Of a DNA stretch of 64,000 bases, positions 8,868 to 18,556 are shown one piece after another (positions within the stretch are counted from its first letter, which is position 1; each line of letters starts with the position of its first letter). Origin of the DNA: an uncultured virus (IMG/VR IMGVR_UViG_3300025610_000020). Lineage: Duplodnaviria > Heunggongvirae > Uroviricota > Caudoviricetes. The position numbers were made by a program, and so were the translations under genes. The notes below the pieces were generated by a model. That model saw only the letters and a program-made list of their open reading frames with translations. It was not told where the DNA came from and did no database searches. The stretch lies in the IMG/VR virus record IMGVR_UViG_3300025610_000020, one strand, 5' to 3'.

Positions 8868-9557
8868 TTATTTAATATAACCATTCTCCTCAAGCCATTC
8901 TCTAGTCATCGGTGTTGGTTCATAGAAATCCCACATCCTACCTGTGGCACAAGCTTCTAATGCATGTGCTGTCATGCCCTCTGTGTGCCCTGCCCACATC
9001 GCTTCACGTTCCCATGGAAGTGATGATGTTGGATACGTGTCTTTTGCAATTTCAGCCCAGTATGAAGGAACATCTTCTTCGGGCATAATAATAGCAATCA
9101 AACTATTATTAATGCTGCCTGCCATACAATCTTGAGCAGCGTGCCATCCTTCATGTCTCATAACGGCCATCAGTGTAGATGGTCTGTGCATGAATGCTTT
9201 ATTCAGATAGAAGTTATTAGAAACCGTATGGTAAACACCACGGTGGCCTGGTGGAAAATATTTAGAATCCGCAAGATATACTTTAATACCAACTTGATTG
9301 GATAGAATCAACATGTAGTTGAATTCTTCAGCAATAGTAGTAAACTTTTCTGGATCTTCATATTCAGAAGAAATATCCAATAAAGAAAATACTTCTTTTA
9401 CACCATCAGTACATTCCTGGAGAATCATACAACCCATGGCATCCATGGTGTAATAACCCCTGGTTGGTTCAGCTAGTACTGGATTAATCCCTAATAGGCA
9501 AGTACCAATTAGGGTTGAGCTCAAGGCATTTTTCCAATTTGTAAACAGATTCTTCAT
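8868..9557 (-). CDS. putative zinc metallopeptidase (HExxH)
   Basis: RHEGWHAAQDC motif, downstream EREA, signal-like N-terminus. Confidence 0.7.
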   Translation of the reverse strand: MKNLFTNWKNALSSTLIGTCLLGINPVLAEPTRGYYTMDAMGCMILQECTDGVKEVFSLLDISSEYEDPEKFTTIAEEFNYMLILSNQVGIKVYLADSKYFPPGHRGVYHTVSNNFYLNKAFMHRPSTLMAVMRHEGWHAAQDCMAGSINNSLIAIIMPEEDVPSYWAEIAKDTYPTSSLPWEREAMWAGHTEGMTAHALEACATGRMWDFYEPTPMTREWLEENGYIK

Positions 9558-9753
9558 GAACTTCTCTTAAATATTTTTCGAAGTGTGATTCGATATTGTC
9601 TACGTTGGTGTTGCCTTGACTTACCCAGTCATGACAGAACTCGTAAACTGCTCGACAGTGATCATTTAAATGATGACTTAAGGCACGAAATACTGCAGCC
9701 CTAAGTTGCATTCTTTCTGGAGCATATCGCCAATCCTTTGGAAATTCAGACAT
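9484..9753 (-). CDS. hypothetical protein
   Basis: ORF track. Confidence 0.65.
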   Translation of the reverse strand: MSEFPKDWRYAPERMQLRAAVFRALSHHLNDHCRAVYEFCHDWVSQGNTNVDNIESHFEKYLREVHEESVYKLEKCLELNPNWYLPIRD

Positions 9754-9793
9754 GGAAATAATAAAAAAGGACTATACTATGTATGATACTAAA

Positions 9794-9979
9794 TCAGTAG
9801 TTATTGTCAACATATGATTTACATACTTTTAGATTGTTTCTACAATATTGTCGAACATATCCATGAACATCAATTTCCATCCTTTGATGTGCATGATTAT
9901 GCACTGCTCCTATTAAAATGAAGATTCCTACAATCAAAAGATTAAATTGAGTGACTGGATGAAAAATAATTTTAAGCAT
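9794..9979 (-). CDS. small membrane protein
   Basis: ORF track, TM segment. Confidence 0.55.
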   Translation of the reverse strand: MLKIIFHPVTQFNLLIVGIFILIGAVHNHAHQRMEIDVHGYVRQYCRNNLKVCKSYVDNNY

Positions 9980-9980
9980 T

Positions 9981-10004
9981 AAAAAGGGGGACCGAAGTCC
10001 CCCT
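9981..10004 (-). terminator. rho-independent terminator
   Basis: AGGGGGAC-TTCG-GTCCCCCT plus U-run. Confidence 0.8.
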
Positions 10005-10027
10005 CATTATAGCACAGATTCAGTGAA

Positions 10028-10399
10028 TCAGAAGCTGTACTTGACGCCAAGCTTACCGCCGACGTTTAGATCATCGAACTCTTGCTGAGTGGTGATAGCA
10101 GAGAGTTCACCATAGATACCAAGTTGCTCAGTTACGGCAACACTAGCACCAACCTTACCAGAGAACTCGGTCTCAGACTCAGCACCATCAGGAGAAACGA
10201 TGGTTGGGCCACCCTGAATATACCAGGCAGCAGACTCGCCTACGGGACCTTCGTAACCTACGTGCAGATCAGTTGCAGCGCCAGTGTAGTCTTCGCCAAC
10301 CCAACCAGCGTTGGTCTCAACGTTGACATAGGGACCTGCAAAAGCAGCACCAGCGGACATGGAGAGAGCAGCAGTTGCTGCGAATACAGATTTGATCAT
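10028..10399 (-). CDS. small outer-membrane beta-barrel-like protein
   Basis: Signal peptide, amphipathic beta-strands, C-terminal GVKYSF (terminal Phe typical of OMPs). Confidence 0.7.
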   Translation of the reverse strand: MIKSVFAATAALSMSAGAAFAGPYVNVETNAGWVGEDYTGAATDLHVGYEGPVGESAAWYIQGGPTIVSPDGAESETEFSGKVGASVAVTEQLGIYGELSAITTQQEFDDLNVGGKLGVKYSF

Positions 10400-10609
10400 T
10401 TGAAATACCTCGTTTTTTGCTTGCGGAATGATTACCCGCAGATGATGGATCGGTTCGACTCCCGATCGCTTTGTGAATTATAACACCCCTCGGGGGTGAT
10501 GTCAACAGATTTGATCCGAGTAGTTGAGGGATCTCCCATCTGTTGTAATTCGTAACATTGGGTTACGACTCATTATTTAGTATAGTTTAACTTGAACATT
10601 TTGTCAAGT

Positions 10610-10729
10610 TCACCACACTCCAGGAATAATTTGGCCAGTGGTGGCATAGGTTCCGACAGCGATGACGAAACCAAGCATGGCGAGACGAGAATTTAGAATC
10701 TCAGCCTCAGGGGTCCATCCGAATTTCAT
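10610..10729 (-). CDS. hli: high-light-inducible protein
   Basis: Manual ORF MKFGWTPEAEILNSRLAMLGFVIAVGTYATTGQIIPGVW; ExxNxRxAM motif. Confidence 0.92.
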   Translation of the reverse strand: MKFGWTPEAEILNSRLAMLGFVIAVGTYATTGQIIPGVW

Positions 10730-10875
10730 TGTTTTTCCTCCAGTGTTTTGTTGTAAATTACTACTTTACCATTTTCGTGAGTGAAGACTAATTCATCATC
10801 ATGCCCCCAACAAAGTTCTTCGTAGAGAGCATTTAATTTTTCCATGTCTTCATAAAGTTGGTTTGGATTAGGCAT
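10726..10875 (-). CDS. small hypothetical protein (49 aa)
   Basis: Manual ORF MPNPNQLYEDMEKLNALYEELCWGHDDELVFTHENGKVVIYNKTLEEKQ; overlaps both neighbours. Confidence 0.6.
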   Translation of the reverse strand: MPNPNQLYEDMEKLNALYEELCWGHDDELVFTHENGKVVIYNKTLEEKQ

Positions 10876-11158
10876 ACTTTTCGACTAAACTTTTAATGTT
10901 CTGAGTAATTCCCATACCACCAACTTTTTCTTCTAGTTTGATACCATCAGCATCGGTGACGATAAGAACAGGAGTGGCTGTCACTCCATATTTTTTTGCC
11001 AGATCAAGATTTTCCTGTGGAATAGGAACATCACTAAAGTCTTCTAAGTCAATCTTTTCGATCATACTTGTATCAACCTTAATGGAACTGAAGTATTTGT
11101 CCACTAAGGCACATGGACCACAGGATTTTTTAGAAAAAAGATAAAACTTATTTGACAT
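10868..11158 (-). CDS. thioredoxin/glutaredoxin-like protein
   Basis: CGPC active site, YGVTATP cis-Pro motif. Confidence 0.85.
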   Translation of the reverse strand: MSNKFYLFSKKSCGPCALVDKYFSSIKVDTSMIEKIDLEDFSDVPIPQENLDLAKKYGVTATPVLIVTDADGIKLEEKVGGMGITQNIKSLVEKYA

Positions 11159-11468
11159 GATGGCCTTTGAGTTCGGGATTTGGTTGCGACTTAGTTAAAT
11201 CGCGGCGAGATTGGTTTTTGATGATAATGAATGCATCTTTGTTAATTTTACGAGTACCAATTGGTGATTGCCACTTCTTATTATACTCTTCACCAACATC
11301 AATACCAGAGATCGAAGTTCCTCCAATCTCTACAACAATTTCATCATCACTATTCCAGTTTAAAGCTTCAATTAAATCTTGGATACGATCCATGATTCCA
11401 TTATCTTCCCAGGCAAAAAACTCATCTTTGTTTTTTGTCCAATCACTTTTAGGAATATCATTAATCAT
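11148..11468 (-). CDS. hypothetical protein
   Basis: ORF track, overlaps both neighbours. Confidence 0.65.
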   Translation of the reverse strand: MINDIPKSDWTKNKDEFFAWEDNGIMDRIQDLIEALNWNSDDEIVVEIGGTSISGIDVGEEYNKKWQSPIGTRKINKDAFIIIKNQSRRDLTKSQPNPELKGHHVK

Positions 11469-11758
11469 AAGTTTTCTTCTTGCTCAGTGAGAATCACACA
11501 GTCGCTGGTGGGATATGCCACACAGGTCAGGACCCAACCCTCTTCAACTTGATCATCATCAAGGAAAGATTGCTCCTCATTGTCTACGGTGCCAGAGATA
11601 AGTTTCCCTGCACAAGCACTACAAGCGCCTGCTTTGCATGAAGAAGGAAGATCAACACCAGCCTCCTCAGCTGCCTCAAGAATGTACTGATCATCAGGAC
11701 ACTCGATTTTAGTTTCGGTGCCATCGGGAGATTGGAGAGTAATACTGTAGATAGTCAT
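11465..11758 (-). CDS. petF: 2Fe-2S ferredoxin
   Basis: [13 protein letters not shown]...[11 protein letters not shown]. Confidence 0.97.
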   Translation of the reverse strand: MTIYSITLQSPDGTETKIECPDDQYILEAAEEAGVDLPSSCKAGACSACAGKLISGTVDNEEQSFLDDDQVEEGWVLTCVAYPTSDCVILTEQEENL

Positions 11759-11844
11759 CAGTAAGTTTCGCAAAGTTTTTCAACAGAAATTGCCAGTAGA
11801 ACAAAGAATGAAATACTGGTAATGGTGAAGATGGACTCGGCCAT
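11758..11844 (-). CDS. 28-aa hydrophobic peptide
   Basis: [28 protein letters not shown]; stop/start coupled on both sides. Confidence 0.5.
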   Translation of the reverse strand: MAESIFTITSISFFVLLAISVEKLCETY

Positions 11845-12053
11845 TATACAATACCAAAGAACAAATTTCCAGTCAGAGCATAAGAAATAGAACCAGCAAT
11901 AATCCCAAGCATAGCCCAGCGACCATTTGCCTTCTCTGCTTTCTCGGCATATGGTTCAATACCATAGCGATCAAGATCTTCTTTAGTCATATACATGGAA
12001 GGTTCTTTGGCAAACATATTGATTTGCCCGAACTCGTTTTTTGTTACAGTCAT
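11844..12053 (-). CDS. hli: high-light-inducible protein
   Basis: AEKANGRWAMLG; start at MTVTKNEFG. Confidence 0.92.
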   Translation of the reverse strand: MTVTKNEFGQINMFAKEPSMYMTKEDLDRYGIEPYAEKAEKANGRWAMLGIIAGSISYALTGNLFFGIV

Positions 12054-12105
12054 AATGATTTGTAAAGAACTGTTACAAAGAGTATATAGCAAATCTAAAG
12101 TTTTG

Positions 12106-12894
12106 TCAAGAATTTTGTTCTGGTGGAAGTGTGCCATAGAACGGATCATATTCAAAGAATGGGTTCCAGTCTTCTATTTGGGACGATGAAGTTTTCCAAA
12201 AATCCCAGAGTCCATTATAACTCCCTTTATGGAATACATCAATATGAATGTCATGGATATCTGACCCAAGATCAATCTTGTATAGAAACAAAGGAATAGC
12301 AAATGTATTTCCAGAGTTATAAATCAAATCATCAGCTACTGCTCTTGGTTTAACACCTTGATCCAATTTAAACTTGTCATCTCTACAATGAAGTTTTACG
12401 AGTTTCTGAGCATGGTGTCTGGTAATTAAATAGCAGGCAGTCGAAAAATCATTTACAAACCTCTTATGGAGTCGCACAGTGACTTGCTGTGGATTGATGA
12501 TTGCTAATTGAATAACATCAAAGTCATATGGGAGTTTTGATTCAAATTGTTTCCATGTGAATCCCCAATGTCTAACACACTCAAGATCACAATCATCTTC
12601 CATCATGATTAGATAATCATCATCACTGGTCTCAAGCCATTGCTTTAAGGCCTTAAGATGGGAAGTTGTGCATCCAATTTCACCAGAACTCATATTCTCT
12701 GGGTAACGACCTGTGAGAATGCTACTTAGATCATCATCACGACCATCGCAAGCTGAAATTCTGGTATAGTTTTCAATACCCCAATATTCAAACTGACCCT
12801 CCATATACCTACGACGATCTTCCTTATCATCAAGGTTGATATAATAAATCTGAGGAATTCCCTTCAGTTTAAAAGTTGATTTATTCTTATCCAT
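12106..12894 (-). CDS. GT25-family glycosyltransferase
   Basis: YYINLD..RR, GEIGCTTSH, MEDD. Confidence 0.85.
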   Translation of the reverse strand: MDKNKSTFKLKGIPQIYYINLDDKEDRRRYMEGQFEYWGIENYTRISACDGRDDDLSSILTGRYPENMSSGEIGCTTSHLKALKQWLETSDDDYLIMMEDDCDLECVRHWGFTWKQFESKLPYDFDVIQLAIINPQQVTVRLHKRFVNDFSTACYLITRHHAQKLVKLHCRDDKFKLDQGVKPRAVADDLIYNSGNTFAIPLFLYKIDLGSDIHDIHIDVFHKGSYNGLWDFWKTSSSQIEDWNPFFEYDPFYGTLPPEQNS

Positions 12895-12895
12895 A

Positions 12896-13696
12896 TCAAT
12901 TAGAATCCAATTGCTTCCAGTTTTGAGGGATCAAATCTGTTAGAGATTTATCTTTATTGTTTGGACCAAACCATTTCATTGGTGCAATAACATCATCGGA
13001 TCCAGATAGCCATGCACCCCACCATGAGAATGATGAGTTGGCAATGATATGTGTCTTACACATTGACATTAGGCAAAGATCAAGACGATTGTCATTGGTT
13101 TCAGAGATACAGAACCTATCATCCTCAAACAATTTTTGTTCTACACACCATTGTGGATCATCAGAGAAGACAAGAACCTGACGATCTGGTTCAAATTCAT
13201 TCAGGGCCTTTTCGTAATAATCCATACCCAAATTATAATGATTGCCACTGTTCTGAAGATAATCGGTTCTTCTTACATGAAGTGAGATTGGATTATCCCA
13301 TTGAAAGATTTCTTGGCAGGGAGTACGAATCTCTTCTCGGAAAGTAAAGTCTTCTCTAATACTTGCTTCAATATGTTTGAAATATTTTTCGGACTGATAG
13401 AATCCCCATAAAGAAACATCATTGGGACATTGATTGAAAAGAAGTTCATCAAATTCAAATCCCCTTTCTTTTGCAAAGGGAGCATGGCCCATATCCAACA
13501 TTCCAATATTGGACTTTGGTAGGTGTGGTAGTTCAAAGACTTCAAAGAGTTGATGTTCATACCACTCATTTTCAAAATTAGATTTTGGAATACCAAAATC
13601 ATATCCTCTTCTAGCAGCAATGCCTCTCAATGAGGCATATTGGAACATCTGATTTCCAAGTCTACCGAGTTGTCCTAGATGATTAAACGCTAGCAT
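12896..13696 (-). CDS. GT11 alpha-1,2-fucosyltransferase-like
   Basis: GRLGNQMFQYA, HVRRTDY, IIANSSFSWWGAWL. Confidence 0.92.
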   Translation of the reverse strand: MLAFNHLGQLGRLGNQMFQYASLRGIAARRGYDFGIPKSNFENEWYEHQLFEVFELPHLPKSNIGMLDMGHAPFAKERGFEFDELLFNQCPNDVSLWGFYQSEKYFKHIEASIREDFTFREEIRTPCQEIFQWDNPISLHVRRTDYLQNSGNHYNLGMDYYEKALNEFEPDRQVLVFSDDPQWCVEQKLFEDDRFCISETNDNRLDLCLMSMCKTHIIANSSFSWWGAWLSGSDDVIAPMKWFGPNNKDKSLTDLIPQNWKQLDSN

Positions 13697-14489
13697 TTCG
13701 ATTCTTCAGGTATGGTACATTTTGATAATATGAAACTAGTTGTTCCTTTGGAGTATTTCTAAGTCTCTGCCAGAGTTGGTGATTCTCCATAAACTTTGGA
13801 TTATTATAATGAGAATTATGAGTTCTGCCATGTTCAAAATGCCAGATAGGGCCATCAATTCTACCAACTCTATATCCTAAAGCATTGAATCTATAATAGA
13901 ATTCACAGTCCTCAGCACCCCAGGAAATAAATTCTTCATTCCATAGACCACCTTTGATGACAGATTCTCTATTATAAAATTGAGTCCATCCAATCGTCGA
14001 AGATTCTGTCCTACACTGATCTGAAATGACATCTAAATTGTGGCCAGAGTTAATAAATTTCTCAAACACTTCCATGGGATAGTTGACTTGATATTGCCAT
14101 ACCCCACATCCATAAGGATACACAACATCAATCTGATCATTTACTATCGCTTCATATGCAGATAAATGTGATGAAATTGGATATACAACATCAACATCAT
14201 GACTACAGACAACTTTAGTATCCGTCATAAGAATGAGATCATTTAAGATTCTAGTCTTATGAAATAGATTATCAGAACTCTCCTCAAAGACATGAGTCAG
14301 ATTGTCAGTTGGAACAATCTTTTTAATTTCAGGAAGTGCTCTAAACTTAAAGGTTGAACGAGTATCAACTTCCTTTACAATTACTTTTGCTTTTGGAAAA
14401 GTTCTAAGAAGATAACTTACAGAAGTAATAATATTTTTTAGCCTGTCCTCCGATTCAATTCGACAGGGCATGATATATGTTAAGTCCAT
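13683..14489 (-). CDS. GT2/GT7-like glycosyltransferase
   Basis: DVD motif, GGLWNEEFISWGAED. Confidence 0.8.
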   Translation of the reverse strand: MDLTYIMPCRIESEDRLKNIITSVSYLLRTFPKAKVIVKEVDTRSTFKFRALPEIKKIVPTDNLTHVFEESSDNLFHKTRILNDLILMTDTKVVCSHDVDVVYPISSHLSAYEAIVNDQIDVVYPYGCGVWQYQVNYPMEVFEKFINSGHNLDVISDQCRTESSTIGWTQFYNRESVIKGGLWNEEFISWGAEDCEFYYRFNALGYRVGRIDGPIWHFEHGRTHNSHYNNPKFMENHQLWQRLRNTPKEQLVSYYQNVPYLKNRNASV

Positions 14490-15331
14490 TAAACCTCCAT
14501 TTCAATCCACGATTCGGGAAGAAGATCACTCATATCGTAATCATTGTATCTAGGTCCAAACCAAGGCTTGGGAGCAATGACTTTACCTCTACCATTTTGC
14601 AACCATGCACCCCACCAACTCATGGAACTATTTGCAATGATAGCACCAGAGCAAAGACTCATCATACAAAGATCATAATAAGGAACCCATGATTGAACTC
14701 TACCATCGTTAGTATCTGATGTATGTTCATACAACATATTACCTTCAGACATCAAAAATCGATCATCGGTAAAGTTTGATCTACACCATTCAAGATCATC
14801 AGAGAATACAAAAACAGAAACATCATCTGGAAATTCTTTTAGGGCCTTCTCATAATATGAGATAGGACAGACAGGATGGTTTTCTGGTTGTCTGACATAA
14901 TCACCACGACGAACATGAAGAAAAATAGGATTCTCATACTGAGAAATAATTTCTTCACATGGTTTTAGAATATCTTCTTTGAATGTAAAATCTTTACGGA
15001 TAATTTCTTCAGCATTTTTAAAATACTTTTCCGTCTGGAAGTAATCATGTAGATTTACATTATCTGGGCAACCATTAAAAAAGTTTTCATTGAAATGAAA
15101 ACACCCAGTGGCTACATTTTGCACACCTTGTTTATATCCAAGGTTTTGTTTGGTGACGGTGCTCATTTCAAAACAGTCAAAAAGACCATAATTTGAGTCA
15201 CCATAACTATCGGGTGGTGGAATTACCCAAGAATATCCATTCTGTTTTGCAATACCACGAAGGCCTGCATATTGGAACATCTGGTTGCCTAAACGACCAT
15301 TAGATCCCAATCTATTATAACTAATTGTCAT
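14489..15331 (-). CDS. GT11 alpha-1,2-fucosyltransferase-like (paralog)
   Basis: GRLGNQMFQYA, HVRRGDY, IIANSSMSWWGAWL. Confidence 0.92.
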   Translation of the reverse strand: MTISYNRLGSNGRLGNQMFQYAGLRGIAKQNGYSWVIPPPDSYGDSNYGLFDCFEMSTVTKQNLGYKQGVQNVATGCFHFNENFFNGCPDNVNLHDYFQTEKYFKNAEEIIRKDFTFKEDILKPCEEIISQYENPIFLHVRRGDYVRQPENHPVCPISYYEKALKEFPDDVSVFVFSDDLEWCRSNFTDDRFLMSEGNMLYEHTSDTNDGRVQSWVPYYDLCMMSLCSGAIIANSSMSWWGAWLQNGRGKVIAPKPWFGPRYNDYDMSDLLPESWIEMEV

Positions 15332-15702
15332 CAGTCTCCTGGTTCAATACGAATACTATCTTCATCAAAATGCTCGGTAGAAAACTCAAACATTTCAGTA
15401 TCTTCCATGGCATACATTCTATGCCTCATTCCAGTTGGAACATGAAACTTATCACCTTTTTGTAGGATGGTGACATCGGCTAGATCAATACTATCTTTCC
15501 AACCATAGTATACCATAAGTTTTCCACTATGTACATAAAAAACTTCGTCCTTTACATTGTGATAGTGCCAGGAGCACTGTTTTCCTCTGGCAAACCAAAG
15601 GATTTTTCCACAATATAAAGAACTATTTGCCAACCATTTTTCATAGCCCCATCCCTTTGATACAAATTTAATGGGGTCTTCAGGAGAAGAAGTCATTTGC
15701 AT
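15331..15702 (-). CDS. cupin (mannose-6-phosphate isomerase-like)
   Basis: KGWGYE, SWHYH..KDEVF, HRM. Confidence 0.8.
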   Translation of the reverse strand: MQMTSSPEDPIKFVSKGWGYEKWLANSSLYCGKILWFARGKQCSWHYHNVKDEVFYVHSGKLMVYYGWKDSIDLADVTILQKGDKFHVPTGMRHRMYAMEDTEMFEFSTEHFDEDSIRIEPGD

Positions 15703-16015
15703 TCATTCCTTTATCGTCAATGTAATGATCGCCAGATGGCTTACCTAGATGAAGTTCATGATACTTGCACCCCCAAGATTTTAATTGGGAGTCCGTAAAG
15801 TTGTAGAATTCTTTCTCTGCCAATTCGCGAGAGTTGTCAAATCTACCCATACCTCTAGCAGTCAAATAGACAATATAATGCCCTTCATCATATAGTTTAT
15901 TTATTACCTTGATTCTATCGAATCTAGGAATAGCATGACTATATCGGCCTTCACCAGCACCAGGAAAACAGATTGTACCATCAATGTCAATGACATAACG
16001 CATCACTTGAAACAC
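15680..16015 (-). CDS. HAD-family capsule-biosynthesis phosphatase
   Basis: DIDGTI, TARG, GKP, YIDDK. Confidence 0.85.
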   Translation of the reverse strand: MFQVMRYVIDIDGTICFPGAGEGRYSHAIPRFDRIKVINKLYDEGHYIVYLTARGMGRFDNSRELAEKEFYNFTDSQLKSWGCKYHELHLGKPSGDHYIDDKGMNANDFFS

Positions 16016-16911
16016 CTCCGATATGCCTCATAGAAGTCAACAGTTTCCTGAGGAACATACTGCTTCCATAGATTCAGATTGTATAAAAGATCTTGAGTAT
16101 AACGATAACCGATAATCTCTTTCTCTAAGTTAGTCACAAGATCCTGTACATTACGATCTTGATAGACAGATGCTTTGTTATATACAACACTCTGAGGGAA
16201 CTTAAGTTGTGCGATATAACCACCCCAAATATCATCCATACGACCAACATGAGGAAGAACAGTATAGTATGGAATCACTTCACGGGCCAAGAAAGTATTC
16301 TGACTGTTAAATGGTGAGATACAGTTAGAACCATATGGTTTCTCAACATTGAACTTGACACATGGTTTCATTGACAGACGTGCCATTGCATCAATGTCAG
16401 GATCACCATCCCATAGATCAGCCTGAATTAGAACCTTGCGTTCATCTTTTCCAACATATCTTGTATCGCGACGATGTGGAACCTGTTGAATTGGAAATCC
16501 ACGGTGCCATAGTTCTGGATAGTTTGTAACAGATAGTGGATCGAATACTTCGGTTGGAGATTCATATAGATCCATCTCAATGGTCTTACCAACTAGAAGA
16601 TCCTTTCCCCAATCTTCACAGGGGATATTATCATCATCTACGGTTGCAATAACATCGGCACCCTGTTCATATGCATAAACAAAACCAATATTCCTACGTT
16701 GAATGCTATTCCAACCAATAGTGTCCGATAGCTCTTTCCAACCGTGCTCCTGCATGTCTGGAGACAGGTACACACAGTTTAATTCTTTGTATAGGTGATG
16801 TGGGGTCTTTTTATCTCCAACGACCACCAGGGTCCACCCAGGCATCGCAGAGAAGTTCATGGTTGCCCGTGTGGGCTTATTGATTGTGGTTGTTACGATA
16901 AATTTTTTCAT
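16003..16911 (-). CDS. STELLO/DUF288-like glycosyltransferase
   Basis: VVVGDKKTP, RNIGF, DDDN, PDIDA, PFNSQNT, RMDDIW. Confidence 0.7.
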   Translation of the reverse strand: MKKFIVTTTINKPTRATMNFSAMPGWTLVVVGDKKTPHHLYKELNCVYLSPDMQEHGWKELSDTIGWNSIQRRNIGFVYAYEQGADVIATVDDDNIPCEDWGKDLLVGKTIEMDLYESPTEVFDPLSVTNYPELWHRGFPIQQVPHRRDTRYVGKDERKVLIQADLWDGDPDIDAMARLSMKPCVKFNVEKPYGSNCISPFNSQNTFLAREVIPYYTVLPHVGRMDDIWGGYIAQLKFPQSVVYNKASVYQDRNVQDLVTNLEKEIIGYRYTQDLLYNLNLWKQYVPQETVDFYEAYRRCFK

Positions 16912-17786
16912 TTCAGAAACTTCTCAACAAAATGCTTAGTTGTGTAATTATTCACCGCCTTATTATAAGCGTTTTCTCTCATCTGGTCAAATTCATCATA
17001 GTTATTGACCACATGATTTAATATTTTCTTAAGATCTTCTTCGTCCTCAAAATACAGAAAATCTTTTTCTGGTTCAAAGAATTTTTCAATCGGATTCCAA
17101 GGATCCTTCTGACATAGAATCACACAACGTGCGAATGCTGCTTCAAACATTCTTGATTTAATCTGAGGGGCCCATCCTTTATCCAGTTGACTAAATGCTG
17201 CGTTCAGATCACCATAGGGAAAATTATAATATCGTTCTGCAGTTTGTGGATTAATATTACACAGACCATGAACAACAGCGACTTTGGTTGCCGCATACAT
17301 CATCATCTTATCAGCATAAGAACATCTGGGAACATTTCCCATGCTGTAATGTCCAAACCTAAAATTATATCTTGTGAATACATTCTTGATATAACTTTCC
17401 CAAGGAACAGCCTTAGGCATACTACCAAAGTAAGAAACATCAATTATCTTTTCTGATGCTGGAGGAATCCAATCTTCACTGAATGGGAAGAATACAAACT
17501 CTCTATTATCAAAAAGTTCTGCAGTATATGGACAGATTGTAAGAATCTTATCTGCCACTTCATGGAGTTTTACTTTATCTCCTGGTGCAACACAAAAATT
17601 TGGTTCTTCTAGAGTGAGAACCACTTTCTCCTTATCATCATAGCGACCCGAATAAAGATCTTTATAAAAGTCGGCCATGAAGAGATAACAATCTCTTGCC
17701 ACACCTTCATACTTTTCAAAGTTCAGATAATAAAGAGGATCTTCTGTGAGTCCATTTTCAGGTCTTAAAAAATTTAATACTTTCAT
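16908..17786 (-). CDS. GT-B glycosyltransferase (CgeB-like C-terminus)
   Basis: KSRMFEAA...FEPEKDFLYF...NAYNKAVNNYT. Confidence 0.7.
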   Translation of the reverse strand: MKVLNFLRPENGLTEDPLYYLNFEKYEGVARDCYLFMADFYKDLYSGRYDDKEKVVLTLEEPNFCVAPGDKVKLHEVADKILTICPYTAELFDNREFVFFPFSEDWIPPASEKIIDVSYFGSMPKAVPWESYIKNVFTRYNFRFGHYSMGNVPRCSYADKMMMYAATKVAVVHGLCNINPQTAERYYNFPYGDLNAAFSQLDKGWAPQIKSRMFEAAFARCVILCQKDPWNPIEKFFEPEKDFLYFEDEEDLKKILNHVVNNYDEFDQMRENAYNKAVNNYTTKHFVEKFLK

Positions 17787-18556
17787 AGTATTTCACCAAT
17801 ATCATTTTTATTTAACTGATATGTACCAGAGTGTTGTACAGATTTAGATGCCATCAAGATTGCTTTTTTAATTGATGATTGAACCGTTTCACCAGATGTA
17901 TGAAGAACTGCAAAGGTTGCAAGGAAAACATCTCCAGCTCCAGTGACATCATAGACATCAACTTTAGGTGCAGGAAAATATGAGTTCCCCCACTTTGCAC
18001 CTGCTTTCCCTAGAGTCACAATAACCTCAGAATTTTCTGACCAGGCTAATGCTCCCTCTTCTTCAAATTCATTGATCTTTAGAAATGCATTTTCATAGCA
18101 AGTAAGATCATTTTTTTTAGAATCAACAAATATCTTTCCCGTATAATTGGAGCAAATTAGATTTGCCACATCCCAAGGAATTAATCCCTTTTCATAATCA
18201 GAAAAGATGATTGCATCATAATAATTCAAACCATTTGGGATTCTTCCACACTTTTTGTAGAAGTCCGACTCTGTTAGTGGTTGACTTACTAATTTTCCAG
18301 AATCAACTCTCAAGAGTTGTTGTCCAGATCTATCATCAATATATCTTTTCTTAAGCAACTCTTCTGGATTATTTGAAATGAAATCAACTTTACATCCAAA
18401 GGCTTCAATGTTTGCTTTAACATTTGTTGCCATTCCAGGAAACACTTTGGTACAATTCCAGTCAAAAACAGGAACGGGTGCCTCAGGACTCAGCCTGCGA
18501 CACTCGCCATAGTGATATTCATCTTGACATGATTCACCGATCAATAATACTCTCAA
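17783..18556 (-). CDS. RfaE/HldE kinase-domain protein (PfkB family heptose-7-P kinase)
   Basis: RLSPEAPVPV, SDYEKG, DVTGAGD; start taken at TTG near RVLLIG. Confidence 0.85.
   Translation of the reverse strand: MRVLLIGESCQDEYHYGECRRLSPEAPVPVFDWNCTKVFPGMATNVKANIEAFGCKVDFISNNPEELLKKRYIDDRSGQQLLRVDSGKLVSQPLTESDFYKKCGRIPNGLNYYDAIIFSDYEKGLIPWDVANLICSNYTGKIFVDSKKNDLTCYENAFLKINEFEEEGALAWSENSEVIVTLGKAGAKWGNSYFPAPKVDVYDVTGAGDVFLATFAVLHTSGETVQSSIKKAILMASKSVQHSGTYQLNKNDIGEIL

Noticed and set aside
12061..12077. NtcA binding site
   Set aside because: Spacing is GTA-N9-TAC, not the canonical N8
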